A DNA stretch of 58,701 nt, from positions 17,141 through 75,841 of the forward strand of contig PS015072.1 in assembly GCA_048213135.1 (NCBI GenBank). Direction: 5' to 3'. The translations under genes were made by a program, and so were the position numbers. The notes under the pieces were generated by a model. It worked only from the letters and a program-made list of their open reading frames with translations. It was not told the DNA's origin and made no database searches. The stretch comes from Reclinomonas americana ATCC 50394 (Eukaryota). Below are positions 49,823-58,701 of the stretch, piece by piece (positions within the stretch are counted from its first letter, which is position 1; each line of letters begins with the position of its first letter).

Positions 49823-51752
49823 GGGCGAATGCCGTGTGGAACTCGATCTTTTTCCGTGCCTGTCGCAGCGTGGTCGCCAGGGTCTCCCGGACCTCTGCAT
49901 CCTCCTCATCTTCTTCGTCCGCACCACGCTTCCGGAGCTGCGCCTTGAGTTCGTGACTTGTCGCCCGCAGCAGCCGCGCGAGATGCCAGAGGGCACGAAT
50001 GGCATAGACGGCGTCGTCGGTGGCGGCGGAGCTCCTCCGTCGGCCGCAGCCCGCGCTCTCCAGGACCTCGGCCGTGTCGCGCAGGCAGGAGAGCGAGAAG
50101 GCGGTGGAGTCGAAGAGGGAGGACTGCGCGCGCAAGGGAAAGGGGTAATAGGGAAAGGGAGGGGTGAGGGAAAGGGGATGGGAGGGAAAGGAGGTGAAGG
50201 GAGAAGGCGAAGGGAAGGGTGGAGTGGAGGAGGAGAGCGATGCAATGAAGGAGGAGAGCGATGCACCGAAGGGAGGAGAGCGACGCGCCGAAGGGAGGAG
50301 AGCGATGCACCGAAGGAGGAGAGCGATGCACCGAAGGGAGGAGAGCGATGCGCCGAAGGGAGGAGAGCGATGCACTGAAGAAGGAGGAGAGCGATGCACC
50401 GAAGGGAGGAGAGCGATGCACAAAAGGGGAAGAGCGATGCGCCGAAGGGAGGAGAGCGACGCGCCGAAGGGAAGAGAGCGACGCGCCGAAGGGAAGAGAG
50501 CGACGCGCCGAAGGGAAGAGAGCGACGCGCCGAAGGGAAGAGAGCGACGCGCCGAAGGGAGGAGAGCGATGCACCGAAGGAGGAGAGCGATGCACCGAAG
50601 GAGGAGAGCGATGCACCGAAGGGAGGAGAGCAATGCATCAAAGGAGGAGAGCGATGCATTGAAGGGAGGAGAGCGATGCACCGAAGGGAGGAGAGCGATG
50701 CACCGAAGGGAGGAGAGCGATGCACCGAAGGGAGGAGAGCGATGCACCGAAGGGAGGAGAGCGATGCGCCGAAGGGAGGAGAGCGATGTACCGAAGGGAG
50801 GAGAGCAATGCATCAAAGGAGGGGAGCGATGCACGATGCGAGGAGAGCGATGCACCGAAGGGGGAGGAGAGCGATGCACGATGCGAGGAGAGCAACGCAC
50901 CGAAGGGGGAGGAGAGCGATACAATGAAAGGAGGAGAGCGAAGCACCGAAAGGAGGATAGCGACGCACCGAAGGAGGAGAGCGATGCATTGAAGGGAGGA
51001 GAGCGACACGCTCAGACAGTTGAGTACACACACATTTCAAATACGCACCTGATGCGTCTTGGCCAGCAGCGTATCAATTGTCTCCGGCAACGCCATGTGC
51101 GGCTTCACCGCCGGCCCCTGCGGCAAGAAGAGACACGACAACTGGAAGAAGGCGATCGAGGCCCCGACCGAGTCGCTCAACCAATCGCCGTTGTACAGGC
51201 GCATCACGTAGCAGTACGAGTACCTGTGTGCGCGCATCTGTCACCAACACATCGTCACACAATCCTACACTCGCGCGACAGAGGAGAAAAACGAAACAGC
51301 AAGTCCACGAGGTTCCACAGCAACGTCGGATGCGGTGGCTTGCTGGTCAATCGCTCAAACGGAGGCACATCGTCCATCGACGGCAACTGCGGAGGCGCTG
51401 TGGTCTCCCCCGCATCGCCGTCGTCGCCACCAGCTGCCCCAATGGCCGCCTTTTGCCACCACGGCACCCACAGTTCCACCAAGTGCGACAAGCGACCATC
51501 AGCCACCGCCCGCAGAAACTCTTGCTGATCGACCTGCATCTCCTCCTCCTCTTCCTCGTCTTCTTCCTCCTCCTCGTCTCCATGCATCATCATGTCCACC
51601 CAATCAGGCTCCTGCTCCGCACGCTCACGATCCCGTTTCAACACCTCCAGAGTCTCCCGTCGCACGCGCTCACTGGCCACTCCATCGTCGCTCTCCATCG
51701 CACTGCGAATGAGCGAGGCCGAGAGTTGTTCCACGCACTGGGCGCTGTGATT
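49823..51752 (-). CDS. ZNHIT2: ZNHIT2 (HIT-type zinc finger 2), middle and 3' exons
   Basis: NHSAQCVEQ...ETLEVLKR, LWVPWW, NLVDLLYSYCYVMRLYNGDW and KKIEF match recalled plant and protist ZNHIT2 motifs. Confidence 0.82.
50228..51010. repeat. Intronic minisatellite, unit about 21-24 bp (GAAGGGAGGAGAGCGATGCACC), about 35 copies
   Basis: A direct head-to-tail array without unique spacers, lying inside a ZNHIT2 intron. Confidence 0.92.
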
Positions 51753-51789
51753 CTGCGCGAGAGGGAGAGGAGAGGGAGAAAGTGAGGGT

Positions 51790-52081
51790 GGAGGAGGAGG
51801 AGGAATTGGAAAAGGAGGAGAAGGAGGAGGAGAAGGAGGCGGAGGAGGAGGAGGAGGTGGAGGAGGAGGAGGAAGAATGGGAGAAGAAGAAGAAGAACAA
51901 GAAGAAGAACAAGAAGAACTGCAAGAAGAAGAAAGAAGATCATGAAGAAGAAGAAGAACAAGAAGAAGAACAAGAACAAGAGAAGATGATGATGATGAAC
52001 AAGAACAAGAACAAGAAGAAGAAGAAGAAGAAGAAGAAGAAGAAGAAGAAGAAGAAGAAGAAGAAGAAGAAGAAGAAGAAG
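51790..52081. repeat. (GAG)/(AAG)n microsatellite; complementary half at 53165-53281
   Basis: A pure AAG run runs into the gap. The CTT-rich run at 53165-53281 is the same intron on the flipped contig. Confidence 0.85.
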
Positions 52082-52640
52082 NNNNNNNNNNNNNNNNNNN
52101 NNNNNNNNNNNNNNNNNNNNNNNNNNNNNNNNNNNNNNNNNNNNNNNNNNNNNNNNNNNNNNNNNNNNNNNNNNNNNNNNNNNNNNNNNNNNNNNNNNNN
52201 NNNNNNNNNNNNNNNNNNNNNNNNNNNNNNNNNNNNNNNNNNNNNNNNNNNNNNNNNNNNNNNNNNNNNNNNNNNNNNNNNNNNNNNNNNNNNNNNNNNN
52301 NNNNNNNNNNNNNNNNNNNNNNNNNNNNNNNNNNNNNNNNNNNNNNNNNNNNNNNNNNNNNNNNNNNNNNNNNNNNNNNNNNNNNNNNNNNNNNNNNNNN
52401 NNNNNNNNNNNNNNNNNNNNNNNNNNNNNNNNNNNNNNNNNNNNNNNNNNNNNNNNNNNNNNNNNNNNNNNNNNNNNNNNNNNNNNNNNNNNNNNNNNNN
52501 NNNNNNNNNNNNNNNNNNNNNNNNNNNNNNNNNNNNNNNNNNNNNNNNNNNNNNNNNNNNNNNNNNNNNNNNNNNNNNNNNNNNNNNNNNNNNNNNNNNN
52601 NNNNNNNNNGACGACGTCTACTATAAACACACGCACTCTA

Positions 52641-52705
<65 letters not shown>

Positions 52706-52716
52706 TTCTACGCAAC

Positions 52717-52854
52717 TTGCACCGGTCGCGACACACGCGGCTGTCGCGCAGCACCTCCTCCTCCTCCCGGGGCACCACCTGCACCACCCGCGCCTCCTCC
52801 TCCGCGGCCTCCACTGCCCAGTCCACCATAGCCCGAGCCACTGCCTGCGTCCAT
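52717..52854 (-). CDS. CRNKL1: CRNKL1 first exon on an inverted contig
   Basis: MDAGSGSGYGG...AARQPRVSRPVQ is followed by donor GTTGCG and joins [15 protein letters not shown] at 54436 in phase 0. (GA)n intron sequence is present on both sides of the gap. Confidence 0.75.
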
Positions 52855-52938
52855 CCTCCTCAGACACTACACAGTCCGTCAAGATCGACTTGTCCTCGCA
52901 GGTCGAAACGTCGCAAAGCGATCAATCAATCTCAGCGA

Positions 52939-53148
52939 ATGCTTGCGGGAGTGCCCGTTCGTGGCGATGAGTACCTGCGCCCATCGAACGCGCAACGAGT
53001 GTGTCGAGTGTGAGTATGAGAGCTCCGTCTGCAGCACGCTCTCTTGCTGATGTTCTGACTCGTCCGTCGTCGCAGATGCCAGCGTGAGGCCACGCGATAC
53101 ACCTGCCCGCGTTGCTTTGTTCCGTACTGCAGTGTCGACTGTTATCGA
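52939..53148 (+). CDS. ZNHIT2: ZNHIT2 exons 1-2 (zf-HIT domain) on an inverted contig (52939-53009, 53076-53148)
   Basis: Spliced VCRVCQREATRYTCPRCFVPYCSVDCYR plus NHSAQC (51752) gives a complete HIT zinc finger. Confidence 0.88.
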
Positions 53149-54026
53149 GTTGCGTGAATGCATCTCTCCTCCTCATCCTCCTTGTCCTCCTCATCCTTTC
53201 TTCATCATCATCATCTTCTTCTTGTTCTTCTTCTTGTTCTTCTTCTTCTTGTTCTTCTTGTTCTTGTTCTTCTTGTTCTTCNNNNNNNNNNNNNNNNNNN
53301 NNNNNNNNNNNNNNNNNNNNNNNNNNNNNNNNNNNNNNNNNNNNNNNNNNNNNNNNNNNNNNNNNNNNNNNNNNNNNNNNNNNNNNNNNNNNNNNNNNNN
53401 NNNNNNNNNNNNNNNNNNNNNNNNNNNNNNNNNNNNNNNNNNNNNNNNNNNNNNNNNNNNNNNNNNNNNNNNNNNNNNNNNNNNNNNNNNNNNNNNNNNN
53501 NNNNNNNNNNNNNNNNNNNNNNNNNNNNNNNNNNNNNNNNNNNNNNNNNNNNNNNNNNNNNNNNNNNNNNNNNNNNNNNNNNNNNNNNNNNNNNNNNNNN
53601 NNNNNNNNNNNNNNNNNNNNNNNNNNNNNNNNNNNNNNNNNNNNNNNNNNNNNNNNNNNNNNNNNNNNNNNNNNNNNNNNNNNNNNNNNNNNNNNNNNNN
53701 NNNNNNNNNNNNNNNNNNNNNNNNNNNNNNNNNNNNNNNNNNNNNNNNNNNNNNNNNNNNNNNNNNNNNNNNNNNNNNNNNNNNNNNNNNNNNNNNNNNN
53801 NNNNNNNNNNNNNNNNNNNNNNNNNNNNNNNNNNNNNNNNNNNNNNNNNNNNNNNNNNNNNNNNNNNNNNNNNNNNNNNNNNNNNNNNNNNNNNNNNNNN
53901 NNNNNNNNNNNNNNNNNNNNNNNNNNNNNNNNNNNNNNNNNNNNNNNNNNNNNNNNNNNNNNNNNNNNNNNNNNNNNNNNNNNNNNNNNNNNNNNNNNNN
54001 NNNNNNNNNNNNNNNNNNNNNNNNNN

Positions 54027-54063
<37 letters not shown>

Positions 54064-54435
54064 AGAGTGAATGAGTGCGTGTTGTCATTAGAGACTCGCT
54101 TGACTCGGTGCGTGTGTATGCACCACACACACAGACACGCACACACACACACTCACACACACTCACACACACACACACACACTCACACTCACACACACAC
54201 TCACACACACATTCACACACACAAGCACACACAGAGAGAGAAAAGCATTGTGTTTGCATTTTGCTGATCACATACTTCTCTCTGTCTCCCTCATACACAT
54301 GCACACGTTCACATAGAACGACACACTCATGCCTCGCTGTCGAGCAGCAACGAGAGCGAGAGAGTGTGTGCGTGGGGAGAGAGTGTGTTGTGCGCGCCAT
54401 TTCCACTCACTTTGTTTTGTTTGTTTGTTTGTTAG

Positions 54436-57400
54436 GTGAAGAACAAGGCGCCGGCGCCGGTGCAGATTACAGCTGAGCAGCTGCTTCGTGAGGCTTATGA
54501 GCGGCAGGAGGCGCCGCCGAAGCCGCCGAAGCAGATGATTGTGGATGAGGCTGAGTTGATGGAGTATCGGTGAGTAGATGAGGGGGTGGGGAGAGAGGAG
54601 AAGGAGAGAGAGAGAGTTGTGCGTGCAGGTATCTCAAGGACAGGCTGAGAAAAGTTGCATTTCTTGAGGGGGAGGCAAGTTGTCTTTGTGAGCAGGTTGA
54701 TCAGGGTGCCCGTTGTTGCAGTGCGTTGCTGGGGGAGACTGTCTTTGTGAGCAGGCAGATCAGGGTGCTGGTTGTTGCAGTGCGTTGCTTGAGGAGACCA
54801 GCTGTCTTTGTGAGCAGGCAGATCAGAGTGCTGGTTGTTGCTCCAGCTGTCGCATCGTGATGAGTGCACTCTTTGGGGAGTGAGCCGATAGATCACTATG
54901 CTGGTCGTTCTTCGTGTGCGTATGGTATCAGCTGTCGCAGCGTGATGACATGCCTGTGAGGGCACAAAAAATAACCACGAGAGCGTTGGTATCAGCGCGG
55001 TTGGGAGGCAGATTGTCTCTGTACGCATCTCGCTGGTTGTCGTTCTGCGTGTGTGTTCGATCAGCTGTGATGCGTGCATTGTGGAGGGAGACGAGTTGTC
55101 TTTGTGAGCAGACAGATCAGGGTGCTTGTAGTTGCTCCAGCTGTCGCTGCGTGATGAATGCATTGTGGGGAGAGGCAAGTTGTCTCTGTCCGCAAACAGA
55201 TCTCGTTATTTGGTGTTCTCTTGTGTGTGTTTGATGTTGGCTGTCGCAGCGCCATGAGTGCGTTGTTGAGAGAGACATGTTGTGTTTGTGAGCAGACAGA
55301 CAGCGGTGGTTATTGTTGCAGCAGCGCTGTGATTGCATTCTTGGGGGATGAGCTAGCAGGTCACGGTGCTTGTCGCTCTTCGTGTGCATTTGGTGTGTGT
55401 TGTTAGGAGAGACAAAGTGTCTTTGTGAGCAGACAGACAGCGGTGGTTATTGTTGCTCCCGCTGCCGCAGCGTGACGAGTGAGTTCATTTTTGAGGCAAG
55501 GAGACACGTAACTGAGAGAGAGAGAGTGTGTGTGTGAGAGAGAGAGAAATCAGACTTCCTATGCATCTCTCGTTGTTCCCGTCCTGTTACTCACTCCTTC
55601 CTGTCTTCCCCGCAGCACCAACAAGCGCAAGGAGTTCGAGGACCGCCTGCGCATTCAGCGACACGACATCAACTACTGGGTCAAGTACGCCAAGTGGGAG
55701 GAGTCGCAGCGCGAGTTCGAGCGGTGAGTATCGCACGCCCCCTCTCTCGCGCGCGCGCTCTCTCTCTCTCTCTTTTATGTATTCACGGCGAGTTCCATGC
55801 AGTGCACGGTCAATCTATGAGCGCGCTGCCGACATGGACTACCGCCATGCCAATCTTTGGCTGCAGTACGCCCAGATGGAGATGAAGCATCGGTTCATCA
55901 ACCATGCGCGCAACGTCTGGGATCGCGCCGTCACGCTGCTACCCCGCGTGGACAAGGTTTGTCAAGCAATGTGCGACGTGCGAAGCGTGTGCCACGGCAC
56001 TGACTCGTGTGTGTGTGTGTGTGTGTGCTGTCGATGTAGTTTTGGTTCAAGTATGCGTACATGGAGGAGATGCTGGGCGACGTGCCGGCGGCACGACAGG
56101 TGTTTGAGCGATGGATGCAGTGGAAGCCGGAGGAGCCATCGTGGCAAGCGTACATCAAGATGGAGATGCGCTACAAGGAGATTGAGCGAGCGCGTGCCAT
56201 TTACCAGCGATGTTGAGTGTGGAAATTTATCGCACTCACGCGCACACTTTGTTGCTGACTCTCACATGCGTGCAGTCGCCGAGTGCCACACCAAAGTCCG
56301 CACCTTTATCAAGTGGGCCAAGTTCGAGGAGAAGCTGAACAACGTGGCCGGAGCGCGAGCGGTGTACGAGCTCGCTACCGACACTCTGGGCGAGGATGCG
56401 AGTGATGAGACGCTCTTTGTCTCGTTTGCCAAGTTTGAGGAACGGTGCGTTGGCCCTCTTCATAGCCTCCTCTTCCGCTTCGTCTCACCTGCGTTGTGGC
56501 AGGTGTCGAGAGATTGAGCGTGCACGCATGATTTACAAGTTCGCCCTCGACCACCTGCCAAAGGATCGCGCCACTGAGTTGTACAAGACGTACATGTCGT
56601 TCGAGAAGCAATACGGCGACCGTGAGGGCATTGAGGATGCGCTGGTGTCGAAGCGGAGACTGCAGTACGAGGAGGTGCGACGTGACGTGCAGCTGCTTCC
56701 TTCATTCCTGTTGCTGACACATGCAAGCAGGAGATTGCCAAGAATCCGATGAACTACGACACGTGGTTTGATTACATCCGACTGGAGGAGTCGGCAGGCA
56801 ACCAGGAGCGCCTGTTCGAGGTGTGCGAGCGAGCCATTGCCAACATTCCACCGGTGGCCGAGAAGAGGTACTGGAAGCGCTACATTTACTTGTGGATCTT
56901 GTTTGCGTTGAACGCGGAGTTGCTGGCACGAGTTGCGTACCTTCCTCCAACGCTGCCTGTCGTTTTTTTGCTGCACGCTGCTCACAATCTCACAGGACGC
57001 AGCAAAGACGCGCGACGTGTATCGCGAGTGCCTCAAGCTCATTCCGCACAAGCAGTTCACGTTCTCCAAGATATGGATTCTCTACGCCAAGTTCGAGTTG
57101 CGACAGCGCAATCTCGCCGAGGCGCGCAAGATCTACGGCAATGCTATCGGTCGCTGCCCCTCGGAGAAGGTGTTTTCGGCGTACATTGCGTTGGAGCAGA
57201 CGTTGGGAGAGGTGAGGGATGGATTTGGGGGAAGAGAATGGGGAAAGGGAGAGAGAGGAAGATGCTCATCGCTTTGCATTATAGATTGAGCGATGCCGCA
57301 CGCTGTTCAACAAGTTTTTGGAGTTCGATTCGGCCAACTGCAATGCGTGGGTTCAGTTTGCGGGACTCGAGACGGCGCTTGGTTAGTGCGGAGAAGGGAT

Positions 57401-58701
57401 AAGAGAGGAAAGGGAGGGAGGGAGGGGGGATGGAGGGAGGGAGGAGGGAGGGAGGGAGCACAAGAGTGCGATGTGTGTGAGACGAGAGGGAGGAGGAAGA
57501 ATGATGGAGCTCGTACGGGAGAAGTGCGTGATTGACAAGGCTCGCTTGCGGGTTGGTTGAGAGCACAAGTCTGTGTGTGCGTGCGTTCGAGACACAGAAA
57601 GAGGTCGTTCATGTGTTTTCTGTGGAAGCAAAGACTTGCAGGTTGTGGGACAAGTGAGGGGCTCTGTGCATGTGCGTGTTTGTGCAACGGTGTGTGAGAG
57701 AAAAAATAGATGACAGTCAACTGAGGGCAAGGAGTAGCTGAGGAAGAGGACTGCGATGAACAATGTCACCCGTGCAAAGCAAAAGAGCGAGGGTGGTGCA
57801 TCGGAAGCGAGAGTATGTGTATTATAGAGAGATAGAGAGAAAGAGGGAGATGTGCGTGGGGATGACAGTCAACTGTGGGCCATGGAGTAACTGAGGAGGA
57901 GGACTGCGATGAACAGTGTCTTGCATACGATGCAGAAGAACGAGAATGGTGGATCGCAAGAGATAGAGTGTGTATGTGCGTGTGTGCATGATTGGAGAGG
58001 CTCATAGTTGCAGGTTGGGAGACAGTGGAATACTCTGTTCGTGTGCCTTTGTGTGTGCGCCAGAAGAGATGCATGTGTTGAAAACCTGCAGGAGTGTCGA
58101 AGAACGAGAATGAGAAACAGTGATGAGATGTTGTCAGAATCACCGGCGATAGCGTTGAGTTCCCTTCTCCACCCTCTTGTCTCGCTCCCCCCTATTCGTC
58201 CCCGCTTTCCCCCCTCGCCCGTCCTCCTCCTCTTGTATCCCTCTCCACTCACTCCCTTCCCCTTTTGTCTCCACTGCACAGGCGAGGACCAACGCGCACG
58301 AGCAATCTACGAAATCGCCGTCAACCAGCCCATCCTCGACATGCCGGAGGTGCTGTGGAAGTCGTACATTGACTTTGAGATCGCCAACGGCAACGCCGAC
58401 AATGTGCGCCTGCTGTACGAGCGCCTGTTGGAGCGCACCAAGCACGTCAAGGTGTGGATCTCGTATGCGTTGTACGAGACGACGGCGGGGGAGCTGGACG
58501 CCGCCCGTCACGTGTTCGAGAACGCCTACAAGTACTTCAAGGCCAACAACGACCGCAAGGAGGAGCGCGCGCTGCTGGTCGACAATTGGCGCGACTTTGA
58601 GGAGCGTTGTGGCACGCCGGAGCAGGCGGCCGAGGTGCGCAAGAAGATGCCGCAGAAGATCATCAGGAAGCGACCGATTGTGGCGGAGGATGGCGAGACG
58701 G
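54436..58701 (+). CDS. CRNKL1: Crooked neck / Clf1 / Syf3 HAT-repeat splicing factor (runs off the window end)
   Basis: Motifs [96 protein letters not shown] and HVKVWISYA. Confidence 0.97.
54675..55480. repeat. Degenerate intronic repeat in CRNKL1 (core TGTCTTTGTGAGCAG[G/A]CAGA[T/C]CAG)
   Basis: Good copies near 54681, 54740, 54804, 55097, 55281 and 55418, plus decayed copies. Confidence 0.75.

Noticed and set aside
50228-51010. CRISPR-like array
   Set aside because: The units are head-to-tail with no unique spacers, lie inside a eukaryotic intron, and have no cas genes nearby.
48953-51528. Long ORFs through the minisatellite, and ORFs spanning N runs or microsatellites elsewhere
   Set aside because: These are artefacts of stop-free repeats and of N translation.
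39993-54436. Genuine gene scrambling or trans-splicing of CLTC, ZNHIT2 and CRNKL1
   Set aside because: Every strand switch coincides with an N gap, and simple contig flips restore colinearity.
54675-55480. CRISPR-like interspaced repeats
   Set aside because: The linkers are related to each other and irregular in length, which fits a decayed tandem repeat.
1-58701. Alternative genetic code or stop readthrough
   Set aside because: The conserved exons I translated have no in-frame stops once introns are removed. TAA, TAG and TGA all serve as terminators.

Overview
Draft, gap-rich scaffold from an intron-rich eukaryote that uses the standard code. It is probably a flagellated protist with mitochondria, since it carries IFT140, WDR90, TMEM138, DNAL4 and MRPL43. 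About 17 protein genes or gene fragments are present: a giant secreted NHL/FN3-repeat protein, a CAAX-tailed protein, TMEM138, a TPR protein, the IFT140 3' end, the DNAL4 5' end, a Pro-rich protein, TOP3A, an orphan, a WD40 protein, PAK1IP1, WDR90, MRPL43, RRS1, clathrin heavy chain, ZNHIT2 and CRNKL1. At least four contigs are inverted between N gaps, and re-orienting them rebuilds clathrin, ZNHIT2 and CRNKL1. The most striking signal is about 20 introns in 12 genes with an atypical 5' splice site, GTTG(C/A)G(T). This is the usual GTG(C/A)GT with an extra T at +3, and 19 of the 20 lack G at exon position -1. The pattern suggests routine shifted or bulged U1 pairing, or a variant U1/U6 snRNA. 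All family assignments come from recalled motifs, not database searches, and exon boundaries were read by eye.
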